DNA of 64,000 nt from positions 7,750,001-7,814,000 of the forward strand of contig OY740814.1 of NCBI GenBank assembly GCA_963514005.1, in the 5' to 3' direction. The stretch comes from Raja brachyura (taxonomy: Eukaryota). Below the pieces are notes generated by a model. The model was not told where the DNA came from. It ran no database searches and saw only the letters and a program-made list of their open reading frames with translations. The position numbers and the translations under genes are program-made. This document shows, one piece after another, positions 26,901-41,900 of this stretch (position 1 is the first letter of the stretch; each line of letters opens with the position of its first letter).

Positions 26901-29900
26901 TTACCTTACAACCTTTTGTCTCCTTTCCATTTCTCATCTCCAGCCTTTGTCCACCCATCTGCCAATCAACCCCTGCTCACCTGTATCCACCTATCACAGG
27001 GTTTTGTCACATTCCCACTCCATTAAGCTTTCTCCCCCCCCCCCCTACACAATCAGTCTGAAGGGTCCTGACTGAAAAGTCACCCATCTATTTTCTTCAA
27101 AGATGCTGCCTGGCCCAAGATACTCCAGCAATTTATGGATGTTTTTTGTGTAAATTAGCATCTGCTGTTGCTTGTGTCAATAATATTTCCTAAGAAAATG
27201 CAAGATTTTATAGGAAATAAATATACTTGCCTGCTCAGATTTTGAAACTGACGTGTGATGTACATATAACTACAATAAGCTTAATGAAAGGTATAACTTC
27301 AGTACGTGCAAAGTTTACTCATTTTAAAGATGTAATTGTTGGCATCTACAAAATATTAGTGGTTGAAAATTCAACATAGCTTTATCAAATGGTATGCTTT
27401 TGTTTCATAATGCCAGACTTTGTAATATGTTATTTAAATTTTCAAATGGCTACACATCTTTTCGAAAATTGTAGGCAGAGCATTTATTCGAATGTATTCA
27501 GTAGCTGAAGAGGAAGGTCACAGCTGAACATCTGGATTGGATAGTCGATTTAAATAAGGTGCCCTGACAAAAACAAAAGAAAATACTAGCTGTTACATCC
27601 AGTGCCCTCCATCATTTATTTATTTGCCGCTGTACTCCAGAATTTGAGATATGTAATAGAAGAAAAATCACATGTGGTTAAAGTGCACATTGTCAGATTT
27701 TATTTAAGGGTATTTAAATGGTGAAAGCAAATGTATTAAAATACCCTTTGATAAAATCTGACAATGTGCACTTTAACGACATGTGATTTTTTTTTCTATT
27801 ACAAATGTCAAATTGTGGAGTACAGAGGCAAATAAATAAATGATGGGTCTTTGTCCCAAACATTATGGGGGGCACTGTATATGCAAAGACACTGACAGAA
27901 CACCAATAGAAGAGTGGACTGTGCACATACTGATGGCAAGGGACCTCAAGTTTGTGTGACTTCTTTATAAGTACACCACCTTGAAATTACACAGACTTAT
28001 TTCAATGTTAGACCAATAGGCACATTTCTTTTCTATACACTACAATTTCAGATAGACTAGGTAGACAAACATGCTGGAGAAACACAGCTGGTGAGGCAGC
28101 TTCTATGGAGCAAAGGAAATAGGCAACGTTTCAGGTCAAAACCCTTCTTCAGACCCGAAGCGTTGCCCATTTCCTTCGCTCAGTAGATGCTGCCTCACCC
28201 GCTAATGTTCTCCAGCATTTTTGTCTACCTTCGATTTTCCAGCATCTGCAGTTCCTTCTTAAACATTCAGAGAGAGTAGGTTCTTTGAGCATTAAGCTGT
28301 CAAAACATGGAATATACAAACCAAATATATATTTGATACACATTTAATGAACTACATCTACATAACATCTATTTTACTCTGACTTTCTATTTTTTTTAAT
28401 TTAGAAATAATTACCTCTAGAGCATGGTGAATTTTGTCTTTCTGACTTCCACCATGAGAAAGGTTGGTGATTGAGGTATTGACAGTGGTCTCTGCCATTT
28501 GTCCTCCAAAAATACTATCTTCTGGCAATAATGTTTCAGCCCACAGCCGGCAGACACCATCTCGACATGAAGTCAGAAGCACATTGCACACAGAGCTCCT
28601 GGGAAGAAAACCGTGAAATCATCGGCACTCCAAATCCAATGTCGAAAGTACCCTTCTATTTTATGAGTAACAGATTACTAAAGGCCAGATCTTGCTGCCA
28701 CTAGCAAGCTACAATCACTCATGACTGACTCGCATTAATTCATTATCTTCGAGATGCATCAAATGCACTTGACAGAAACAAATGAAATAAAACAAAAGAT
28801 TAAAATGCACTCAAATCATTTCCCTAGAAAGAAAATCACAACCTGCAGGATAATCACTTCATGCTTACAACATAATGCATCAGTGAAATTAATGGATACT
28901 CTTCTTATGCCTCGTCTCATCTTGTGCAGGATTAGCAAGCAGATGGTTGGTAAACTGCAAACCACAATTCCATGTTTCAATGAAACACTTGAACAGCACT
29001 TCATATTCCACACGAGTAGATTGCAACACAACGGTACGAACATTTAATTCTGCAGTTTTAGTCAACTAACCTACAGCAATCGTTCCACCCCCTACACCCC
29101 CCCCCCCCCCTCCCTTTCCTGTGACATACCCAATTTGTGCCCATTTTCACCTTTCTCCTTACATTCCTTCCTCAGGCTTCACAATTCTCACCTCTATCTC
29201 ACACCTTTTCTCTTTTCATCTCTGGCCTTTTTCCAACCATCTGCCTATCAAAGCCTCCTCACCTGCATCCTAATGTCCTTTCAAAGTGCACAAGACCATC
29301 TAGAGAAGTGCAAAAACATTATATAATAGACAGAAAAGTGTACTTTGCAAACGGTTCCCAAGAAAGTCTCAAATGGTAAGAGGTACAATTTCTCCTGTAA
29401 TCCTTGCATCTAGTGCTAGTCACTTGTTCTTTCATGCTTCGTAATATAACATACGACAGCAGGGAAATCGTGGTCCTGCCGAATTACAGCATCAACAGGT
29501 GACGCTCGTTTGGTGGCGAGTAGTCGCCCAACGAGTCGTACCTTTCTCTGGCCGCCGCTGGATTTTCAACATGTTGAACATTTCCGGGATTCTGCTGCGA
29601 CTATGACGGTGCCGGCAAGTCACCGAAAAAAAAAAACGCATAAGTGGGACAGGCCCTTTAGGGCAACACTGCAGATTTAATGGTATTATCCAATCCGTAC
29701 CCGATACAGAAACCTTGTTACGTACGATAAAGTGACACCTGCCGGGAAGCACCTGGTCACATTTCTAGAGTGGTAAGCAAATGACCATCTGCTGTTGCCC
29801 ATCATAAAATTGAAAAGAAAAGCACTTCTTGTATTTGAATATTTTAAAACCTTTGTTAAAGAGTTTTGTTTCTATTCTACCATTCCATAAGGTGTAATTC

Positions 29901-32900
29901 CACATATAACAGACAACCACTAATTATTCAGGCAAATTATTGTTCAAGTCTTCACAACAATACAAATTATTCAACTAGATAGGCAATTATAATGGAGCAC
30001 AATTCTCATCACATCTGATATTATATTTCTTGGATGGTCTCTTGGGATAAAGAATGATGCATCCACTCTAGGTTTGAGAGTTCTGAGCAGGCTGATGTGG
30101 GAATCTCAGTTCTTCCACTAATGGGATAGGTGGTGCCTGACAGGGAAGGCAAGTGGATAGTTTCTGATATGGTGCACTTCTTCTGCCACTCATGTAGGGT
30201 TTCAGTGTGCACCAGAAGCATGCCAAGGTTGTCAATCGCATCTTCAACGCTCGTTTTCAACTTAACAATTCTTGGACCAGAGATTCTAAGAAGTCAGTGG
30301 GGATGTTGCCAGGATTTGAACACATCGTTGAATCTCTTCCTCTATCTACCTGTTCATCTCTTGCCAGGACACAGTTCAGAATTGAGGACAATTTTCAGAG
30401 TCTACCGCTGGTCTTGCGTTTGTGCAAACTTGGTGGTTGCCCTCTAAACCACCGTCAACGTTTTCACTGAAGCACGAGAGCATGGAGAATATACATGAAA
30501 ATGGTACTCTGCTAACACTTGCTCCACACTTTACCCCTGCCCTCAAACCCTTTGTACCACATTGCCCTCCAATAATAAAGCAAGACCCTGGGAAAATGTG
30601 AACCACTTCCCACATCTTTCATTGACAGCCAACAGAGCTACGAAAAAGCAATTCAAAGACCAAGACCTCAAGGCATGGCACTGAGGTTATAATCTTTGAG
30701 GCAGCTGAATTCTTTGCCTTCCGAAATGCTTCTGAAGCCAGAACTGTCTTCAACAGGTATTTCCAGCCACGAGAAAAATGTCATCTACTTTGTCTCTACA
30801 AATCATGCAAACTTGATGCATGGATAAGCAAACAAACATTAGTGTCCTCTTCAGTCAGCTACATTAGGCAGGGCATGTTATTTACGTGCTTCACACCAGA
30901 CCAAATATCCATACAAAGCTACTATTACGTGTCAAACTCGTCTCTGACATTCCCCAGAATAAACCTAGCAAGTTGAGAACAAGTCCACTGCCCTCAATTA
31001 CTGTGCTAAGTGATTTTGCCAACTCAAAAGCAGCTTAATATACACATTTTAATCCAAACTCGGGAAAACAACCTCTACCAGCACTGTGGCATGTCTACCG
31101 GTGCACTGCTCTCTTTCGAAGTTACATTCAATAGCAGCCTTCCTATGATTTTGGACTGATCGGCATGTTAAAAGACATATGAAATTGCCCTTACAATAAA
31201 GAATCGAAGCACAGCTCTAACCTTGGCATATATTTACTGGTCTTCCGCCATGAAAATCCTGTCACTGCACGAGGATGTGTCAGATATACAAAGGAGAAGC
31301 CTACAGCTGTAGATACACTTCTTTCCCCAAGAATTTCTCCAACTATAACTGCAGATTTCCAGCCCATGGTCAGATACCATACTTTCAGAAGGGAGTCATC
31401 CTGCATGGGAAACAAAATGTATTCACACATGTTGTAAACAAATGCAAAATACAAATCCTTCCACAAGCACACCGAGTAGTCTTACTTCTGCAGCTTAATT
31501 AATTTTGCTTCAACATTTTATTTACACTGTTAATGCCAAAACAAAAATCAATGCTTCTGCTCAAATTTTAAAAAGTGTTTGTCAAAATCTTACCTTTCCT
31601 GCTGTTGCAAAATATTCACCATCAGGGGACCACTTCATGAGATATATTGGAATAGCAGTCCTAAGAAGCAGAATAAAATACATTAATGTTGTACATTTAA
31701 ACAATTGATTCCAACATTAAACACAAATATTTATGTAATTTTGTACCTGTTCCAATAGTCAACTATGTCAAATAGAGCAGTAAAGAGTATTTTTGAAAAC
31801 TTATTAATTCATTTTAGAAATAGATTTTAAAAAGTGTCAGCCATGACATAGTGGTGGCATGCTTAGCTCTCGAGTCAGTATGTTAAGGATTCATGTAACA
31901 CTAAAGCATTAAGCACATAATTTAGATTGACACTTTAACACTGAGGCAGTATTGTGCTGTTATACTTGCCACCTTTCAGATGAGAATTCTTACTGACATT
32001 TGTCATCTAAGGTAGATGTGAAGAGAAAAGCAATCACACTATTCCAAAGTAAAATGCCCAGGCTAATATTTATCACTATATTATTTCATTATTATCGCAT
32101 ATCTATTACTGAGCCTACTCTTGGCAATTGACATTATAACACTGAAAACACTAAAACTATTTTATTAGATGCATAGCATCCTGGAATCTACAATATAAAT
32201 GCAAATCCCTCAATTTATTCATTACTATACCGACAAAAGAATTTTATATTTTCTTCCACCATATTATGCAAAGATAAAGATTTAGCAATAAAGCTTCTCA
32301 ATATTACAAAAAAGTTCAATGAAACTTAAAGTATCTAGTCACTGGTTATTTGCTACTGGTCCAACTTCATGGGTAAGTTTATATATTATTCTCAAGAAAA
32401 TATGAGTGTATTAAATAAAATCACACAACAGGAAAGGTAGATTTTAAATTACGCTACTCTCCCATAATATGACAATCCAAATATGCACTGCCCACATTTT
32501 CTAGTAATTGTGCCTTTTTCAATTGTTTCATAGAAAGCGATGTCAATGGGTTTCCTCTGGGTGCTCTGATTTCCTCCCATGCTCTGAAGATGTGCAGGTT
32601 TGAAGATTAATTGGCTTCTGCAAATTAGCCATAGTTTGTAGGACTATAACTAGTGAACTAGATCGATCATCGGTATGTATTGGTGAGCCATAGGGCAGAT
32701 TTCCATGCTGTACCTCTAAAATGAACTAAACATTTAAAAGGCATTTGGACAGGTACATGGCTAGGGAAGGTTTAGAGAGATACGAGCCCAATGCAAGTAG
32801 GTAGGACTGGAATAAATGTTGTATCTCAGGGACAAGTTGTTCCGAAGGGCCTGATGCCGTGCTGTGCAATTAAATTATTCTAAAATAGATGTAATATTCT

Positions 32901-35900
32901 GGTGTTGCTCTTTTTGGGTCCTTGCCAAGTCCACGTGGACTATTGCAGATTCTGTATTACAAAAGTGATTGCAATTCAAAAATAATTCAACCAGCCATGT
33001 TAACAATTTATTTCTTCATAAATGCTGCCGGACTGACTGTTTCCAGCATTGCCTGTTTTTGTTCCACTCTTGCAGTCAGATTTACTTCCTCTTAAAATAC
33101 CACCAAGACTGATCCCTACAAAACGAGTCAGCAGCTTGTAGGAGCTGATTACTTGTATAAATGTTACTGAAAACCAAGGTTCAATTTTAAGCCAGTTTAC
33201 ACTCTCTTAATTACCTTGCACACAGAAGTCTCACTTAGAGGGGTGCCAAAATCTTGGATGGAGATACAAGTTTTCAGCCATAAACTTTCTAAGATGTAAA
33301 CCTTTCGTGAAATACTGAGAGGACTGTCTTCACACAAAACCAGCATCAGAAGTACAGTGAGAAAAAAAGATAACTAGACGTGGCTTCCAGAAGTGGCACC
33401 TTTCATGCGAATCTTTATCAACATCTTATTTGTCATCTCCGGTAGAAAATAAATTACACTATTCCAAAGCAAAATGCCCAGGCTAATAGATTAAATAACT
33501 GCTGTAGGACAATAAATTAAGAGTCAAAGCAAAAACTTGAACATGTTAGTTTGGCACTTACTTGCACTGCCAGATGCATTTCCAGTCATTTAAATCTGGT
33601 TGTAATTTGCATTCTTCAGAACTACTCTCTTCCTCGAGAACATCACTTGAGGGAGGCGACCATAACTGCAGATGATCTGTAGCTGTCAATAACTGATTAC
33701 CTTTGCAGAAAAGGGAAGAAAACGGCAATCAAAACAAACTTTTAAACGAATTGCTGAGTGTTTCCAACAATGTCTGTTTTAGTTTCATTCTCGCAATTTA
33801 CTTCCTCTTAAGATACCACCAAGATTAATCTTTAGAAAATGAGTCAGTGAGAGGCTGGTTATGAATATAAATGTTATATAAATGTTATCATAACCAATTC
33901 AGTCAAGTAGAAATAAGCTAGATTTTTTTGGAGTTAAGATTTGGCATGGATTGTTAGATTCACGAGAGCCCTGTGAGCAAACTCAACCGGATACCTGGTT
34001 TATTGCACAACTGTCTAGTTGAGCCAGGTTAATCAAATGCTTCAGGAGCTAGAACTCTTTATACTTGGCTTCAAAGAATGTGGAAGTTTGTGTTATGATA
34101 AGAGGAAGTTTCTAACTGGTGCTGTGTTGATAATTGGCCAGTTTTATCACTTTAAAGATCAGCATTGACTTTTAAGCTCTGACATTTTACAACTAAATTG
34201 TGCAAATGTATGCAAGCCTCCTGGATGCAAATGTGTTTCCTCTCTGGAAATTAAAAAAATCTGCAGTTATAGAATTATGGGTACAGCAAAACTCCAATAT
34301 TCTAACATTCATATGTTTTAAATAGGCAAATCTTTAGTTTGGAGATGCAGCGTGGAAACTGGCTCTATGGTCCACTGTGTTCACACCGGTGAGCGATCAC
34401 CCACACACTAGTTCTAGTCTTACACCCTTGTACAATTCGCAGGTCCTGTTAGCTTTGTCACATACATGTCCATTGCAGAAGTCAGTTCTGCTTTCACATG
34501 GGTGATTTCTTGGGAAACAGCTAGCCTGGATGGAGTCCTTAGATGTGTGTGCCAATCAACCAGCCACAAACTTCATCGACTTCTTTCAGCATCAGTCTCC
34601 TGCCCTCATTTGCTTTAAGTTCCTAGACATCCATTGCACCAGCAACCCAACCAGGCACCTTCACACTGATCAAGAAAGCGCATCAGTGTATTTACTTCCT
34701 TCAGAGCTCGAGAAGATTTGGCATATCCATGAGAATTGTCCCAGAATTCTACATGCGTTTAGGTGGTGTTCTGACAGGTTGCATTTCAGCCTGGTATGGC
34801 AGCTGCTCTGCTCTTGACTGCCTGAACCTGGTGAACACAGCCCAGGCCATCACAAGCTCATCACTTCCCTCCATCTACACGTGCCTATATTTTTCAACTG
34901 GTTTTGATAAGTTGAAAGGTAGAAACCAAAATTCACCAATTTTTTCTCCACTGCCCTACCAGGCTTCAAGGTCAATGTATTGTCACGTGTACCAATTAAG
35001 CTACAGTGAAATTCAAATTGCCATACAGCCATATAAAAAAAAAGCAACAAGACACACAACTACATAAAAGTTAACATAAACATCCACCACAGCGGCTCCC
35101 CCACATTCCTCACTGTGATGGAAGCCAATAAAGTCCAAACTTCTTCCTCTTTTATTCTCCCACATTGAGGTAGTCAAACCATCCGCAGTCGGGGCCTTTG
35201 AAGCTACCGCAGCCCGGAGTGGTCGAAGCTCCTGCGGCTTGGAGTTCCCAAAGTCGGTCTCTAATCAGACACTGCGAGCTTCGCAATGTTAAAGTCCCGC
35301 AAACTCCCGCAGTGGAGCTCTCGAAGTCGGCCTCCAGCAAAGGCTGCCAACTCTTCGATGTTAGGCCGCAGTGCGAACGGAGATACGATACAGGGAGAAA
35401 AAAAACGCATCTCCGTCGAGGTAAGAAATTAGAACAAGTTTCCCCCAGTCCCCGAACCCCCACATAAAACAAGCTAAGGAACACTAAGAACATACATTTA
35501 ACACATACAAACAAACAACAAAGGAAGGGAGAGACAGACTGTTGGCAAGGCAGCCATTTCTGGCGCCACCCAGTGTACACTCCCCAGGGCTCGGATTCCC
35601 ATGCTCTTTAATTCACCAAATTCATTTATAAATATTTATTAACCATTGTGTAGCTTGTGAAAATAGTATAGGCGATTAATAAGGGATAACATCCAACAGT
35701 CAATAAAGTCTACTAGTGTGGCGCCAACATTCTGAAGGTGCTGGGTTATCATCAGAGTTTCACTATACCTTGAATTTACAAACCAAACATATTCAATTAT
35801 CAAAACAGAAAACAATTTACAGCTCTATTGTGCCTGGGCTCCATCATGTGCGAAGCTGCATTTGTGCACAATGTACTGTATCTTTGCAAATAAAGACTTT

Positions 35901-38900
35901 CATTATGAGAAATAATGTTTTAAATCTACAGAAGTATTTAAATCACAGTTTAAGAAAAATATTTTTACAAATCATTAAAAAAAACTCAATTTGACGATCA
36001 TATTTTTAAAAAATATTTTTACGTTATCAAAATTTTAAAAACAAGAGCAATAATCACTGTATATCGTCATTAGCACTTAAATTTTACCAAACAGATCCAG
36101 TTACCTTGCGGATCCCAGGCCAAGTTGTATGCCATGGATTGGAGGAAAAACTGCCCTCTCTTTTGCCATTGATAATTTAGGACCTGCAGTTTTAGATAAT
36201 GTTTTAAAACAAAATGGAATATTTTAGAAGAGTTTTATTTCTGTAAAGAAATTAGTGCAACATGTTAAATGATTAACAGAACCAAGAATGAAAATTACAA
36301 TAGATGCTTTAATAATGAATCAATTCACATGGGGAAAGATTGTAAGAATTAGATTTTCACAGATTATCAAAACAATTGGACTCAATCCAAGATTCCAAAT
36401 GAATTAACATCAAATGATAATCCACAGACGAAAGCTGTCTTTATTGTAATGCCGCAGAATCTCATCGCTGCTCCCATCCATGAACCCCTGACCCATGTAA
36501 CAAGCACTTGAAGTTGAGTGCATTTTCTTACATTTCTACACCTGCAGAAGCTCATGCCACTTTAACTCCAAAGGCCTGTTGAAGTATTGAAAGTTCAATG
36601 ATTCCACAAAGGTAGTACACGATAGTGAATGTATTTTAAAATGATTAAGCTGGAAAGAGTACCAAAAAGATTTACAAGGACGCTGCCAGGATTTGAGGGG
36701 CTGAACTATAGGGAGAGCTTCAGCATGTTTGGACTTTATGCTTTGGAGTGCGGGAGGAGGAGTGATCTTTGGAGGTGAACATAATCATGAAAGGAATAGA
36801 TAAGGGGAATGCAGTCTTTAGCTAGAGTAAGCATATCAAGAACCAGAGGTTTAAGTGGGAAAATATAATAGGAACTTTTTCACAGAGGGTGGTAGGTATG
36901 TGGAACAAGCTGGCAGAGGATGCAGTCGAGGCAGAAACTATAGCAACATTTAAAATACATTTGGACAGGTACATGGATAGGAAAGGTTAAAAGGGATATG
37001 GGCCAAATGCAGGCAGGTGGGACTAGACGGGACATCATGGTCAGCATGGGCAAGTTGGGCCGAAAGGCCCATTTTCATGCTGTAACTCTTTCATTTCAAC
37101 AGAGATGGCAGAGCAGGAAAACAGTAATGAAGATGTACTATCATTAGAATTCACACTCTCGGCCACCAAATCGGATGTTGGCACCCTGCGCAATTTACAG
37201 TTACCACCGTGCCAGAATCTGCTACTGGCTGCAAACAGGGCATGAGGCAAGCATGGGGCAGGTGTGAATGTATTAGACACTGAAGTTATACACAAGTCCC
37301 ACAGCAGAGTCTATCCACAATGCGGCGTCACAAATTTATTGGGTCAGTCTCAATCAATATCATATTATAGTAGAGCAAAGTACACCAGCAACATGTCCTG
37401 AATCTGCCATATTGAAGCAATGACCAAGAAAGCACACCAAAACCTTGTCTTCCTTAAAAGGCTTGGGAAGTTCAGCATGCCCCGACATCTCTCGCCGTCT
37501 TCTACAGATGCGTTGTAGAAAGCATTTTATCGGGATGCATCACAGCATGGTTTGAGAACAGCTCCAGCCAAGACTGCAAGAATGGTGGACGCAGTCCAGA
37601 CCATCACTCCAACCAACCTCCTTTCCATTGACTCCATCTACACTTCACGCTGTCTCGGTGGGGCCACCAGCATAATCAATGATGAGTTTCACACTGGACA
37701 CCTCCCTCAACCTCCAGGCACGAGGTAGAGAAGTACCTCCAGATTCAGAGACCGTTTCTTCCCAACTGTTATCAGGCAACTAAACCATCCTATCATCAAA
37801 TAGAGAGCTGTCCTGATCTACCATCTACTTCATTGGAGACCCTCTGACTATCTTTAATTGACTTTACTGGACTTCATCTTGTCTTAAACATTATTCCCTT
37901 TAATCTGTACTTCTACACTGTGAACGGCTTGATTATAATCATGTATAGTCTTTCCGCTGACTGGACTGGACCGTAACAAAAAACTTTTCACTGCACCTCA
38001 GTACATGTGACAATAAACTAGGCTAAACATCTGATATTTACTGAAAAACAGATATTGAGCATAGGTTTACGATTTAGACATCTTTTTGTATTCTCCACAG
38101 TGTTAACTCAGCATATTTGAAAAATACAGTGTAGCATGGCAAACCAACGAACAGTATCTTTCTCCAGAAGTTTCAACGATATAAAGCAGAGTCATGTCAA
38201 AAGGTGACTGGGTGATAATGTATGGTAAAGAATGCATCACCACCTGCTGGCCAGAACCTCAAAGCACAGATGTAAGTGAACCCTGCAGAGAGCAGCGCAC
38301 TAAAAAAAAAGTCAAATTACAGAATATTTAAGGCCTTGAAACATCAGGTCAACTACCTTTTAAGGTAATCTACTGATGCTTTTCCATCATTGCTGAAGGA
38401 AAAATCCAGCTCAACATACACTATACAGCTACGATTAGAATTACTTTTAGGTTCTCAAATACTTTTTTTTCCCTTTTATACTTTGGTAAAGTTGGAGGGA
38501 GTTATTTAGAAAGTGGTTATATAATCATGGCATGAGAACAGGTGTTTCGGCCCAACTGTCCCTACTGACCAGATTTCATAATTGAGCTTGTCTGATTTGC
38601 CTGCACTTGGCCCACACAGCTCAAAACCGTTCCTATCTATGTACCTGCATAAATGTCTTTTAAACTTTGCCATTGTATCTGCTGCCAGAACTCCCTCCGG
38701 CAGCTCATTGCATATACATACTACCCTCTGTGTGCAGAAAATGCTCCTCAGGTCTCTTAAACCCTTGCTTTATAGTTCTGAACTCCTTTACCCTGGGGAA
38801 AAAAAGATTGTTGTGTTGGCATTTTTCAAAACAATGTATTAACTTCAGGAGTAGTGGACTCACTTAGATGGGGCATCTTTGTCAACATGCATGAGTTGGG

Positions 38901-41900
38901 TTTAAAGGCCTATTTGAATGCTGTAAGACTCTCAGACTTTGTGGTCAGTCCACCCTTTTGCTTCAGGCTACATTTAGAATACATTTCAACTGGGTTAATT
39001 TTCAGAAAATTTAACCCAGAATGATTTCAAGATATCCAAATTGTCAACAATTATAGTGCAGCCAATAAATGCCGGTCTTGCAATGGATATCCACATATCA
39101 TTAAATCACAAACAGAAGGAGGCTTCCATTTTTTAATTCAATAAACTGCCAAGTATTTCACTATATTTCCACACATGTACTGACATTGACAAAGGCATTA
39201 TTACTATAGGAATATATAGTACAAAAACAGAACTGGCACATCATAATTATCAACATGCTACCTTATCTTCACTTAGAAGCACCAAAGTTAAGGAAATTGT
39301 AAAAATTCTAAACAACGAGGATATGACGTGGGGCACAACACGGAATATTTTGCTGTACTTCATGGAGATTAAAATTGAAAGATAATTTGCATTGTTTATG
39401 CTATGGAAACTAATTTATCCACAGTAAATCTATAAAGATCCAAAACTCATCAGGTTGGATATTATAGATGTATTACAAAAATGGTAATATCTATTGTCCT
39501 TCTTGCCCTATACCAATTTGTTAGCAATTAGAACAGAATTAGAAAAGGAAGCCATTCAGCCCCTTGCTTGTTCTGTCATTCAATAGGTTTGTGGCTGATC
39601 GTTTACCTCAGCACCACATATTCTAGGGTATCCACTCACATATTACTGTTGACCAAATAACGCAGGGTTTGAAGCAATAGTTAAATATTTTACTGAAAAA
39701 TGTTTTGTCTAGTTTAATATGGCTCAGCTACAAAAATTGAAGGAATACAGAGCTACAGAAATAGTTCAGAATCAACTGAACACAATCAGGCATGTTCACA
39801 CCATTTCTTGGAAAGATCGTTTACTAGGAGCTTTGACAAAGAAGAGTTGTGTGCATGGCCTTGGCATGCTTCATATTTGACAAATTATAAAAATGTGATT
39901 TTTCCAACTCTATATCAGACAGCACTTGAAACAGACAAATTTGATTTTTTGCATTCTCTAGATAATTCTAGATGATGCAAAAAAAAACCCAATCAGCTCT
40001 AAAAACTATATACAAAGTATAAAAATTACCTCTAGGAAAATAAAATATTATATTGTAACATTTTCAAAGAATAACTGGAATACGTGATAATACTCACAAG
40101 TTTTCTTTTGTAATGCCTTAATGATACGGGCTCAAAAATGCAAACAGTGTTTCCATAAGATGCAGCAATCTATAAATAACACAATTAAAACTTATTATCC
40201 ACTGTCTGAACCTTTGATCATCTAAATAGAACAGAAACATCACAACGTTCTGGAAATAATGTAAATTCAATGCGGTGTACAGCAGGTTATGCATTATCAC
40301 TGTACCCAATTTGTCATACTCATAACAATTTGAAATTTCTCCAAGCCTATTCACTATACAGATCCTCTCCAGTTCACAAATATCTGACATACGTACAACC
40401 TGTACATATGAGTATTTGGGAGATCAGTGGGGTGGATTTGTCTGCTGCAGGCATCAGGGATTCCCCACAGGGGAACTCTATGCAACCACATTTCCATCTT
40501 GTGAACTATTTGAGTCACAAAAAGTCCACAGAAACAGAATTCGGAAACTTGTAACTTAGGGAAGACTTGTACTGGATAATTATATCATTAGGATAAAACA
40601 AGATCAAAAACAGAATCCTATGTGTTGGTTCTTCAATTACATTGAAGCCTTATATAACTTGCAATGAGACAACAGCTGGTGGAAAGCATTATCTGAAAGA
40701 GAAGTATTAAACAACAAGCTCACATCCATGCTGGAGTAACTCAGCGGGACAGGCAGCATCTCTGGAAAGAAGGAATGGGTGACGTTTGGGGTCGAAACCC
40801 TTCTTCAGAGACCAGTCTGAAGAAGGGTTTTGACCCGAAACGTCACCCATTTCTTCCCTCCAGAGATGCTGCCTGTCCCGCTGAGTTACTCCAGCATTTT
40901 GTGTCTACCTTCGATTTAAACCTGCATTTGCAGTTCTTTCCTACACATTTTTTGCAAGCTCACATCCATGTAGGTTCGATATACATTCACTGGATAATAA
41001 GCACCAATTGAAGCTCCTCGGCACGTCCAAGCCACAAATCTAGCATTCAAGAGTGCCATTCCATGTTGAGCAGCAGAAACTTGGCAAGTGTCTTGCATTT
41101 TATGACAAATCGTGCTACTCACTACATTGCTGATAAGAAGTATGTCACATCTGCGAAAGGTTTAAGCGCATACATCAACTCAACAACTAGCAAGTATCCC
41201 CAGCAAGCTAAGGGCAAAATAAGTGTTTGCAGGTGTGTCCTGCAGGTGTTCCGATGGCCCATGACATGCAAGTAGGTTAATTGGCTATTGTAAATTATAC
41301 CTTAATGTACATTAATGATACAAAGAATCTAGGGAGAATTAATGGACACGGGTGAGAGAAAATAGGTTGCAGAGGGTGCAAAAAAATAATGGGGGAGTGA
41401 AATGGCAATATTAGGATACCCCATAATTGTGGTATTATTTAGCTAGTAATGGGCGACACAGCAGTAGAATTGCTGCCTTACCGCACCAGAGTCCCGGGAT
41501 CGATCCTAACCTCAGGTGCTGTCTGTACGGAGTTTGTATGTTCTCCCTGTGACCAAGTGGGGTTTCTGCAGGTGTTCAGGTTTCCTCCCACATTCCACAG
41601 ACGTACAGATTTGTGGGTTAATTGGCTTCTGGAAATTGTCCCTAATGTGTAGGATAGAACTAGTGTATGGATGATTGCTGGTCGGCGTGGACTTGGTGGG
41701 CTGAAGGGCCCGTTTCCACACTGCATCTCTAAACTAAACTATCCTCCCGTGGGTGTTAACATAGTTCCAAAGGGCCAAATGACTACCTGTGTTATCATTA
41801 TAGGGATCAGTTCAAGCCTCTTTGGCCTTGAGTAAAGGTAGTTCCAAGATGGCAGAATTCAGATGGACGTTCCGACACAAAACAACTCACGGGGGAAGAA

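Noticed and set aside
41451-41530. tRNA gene
   Set aside because: It is the tRNA-derived head of a SINE, continues into the V-domain and has no complete cloverleaf
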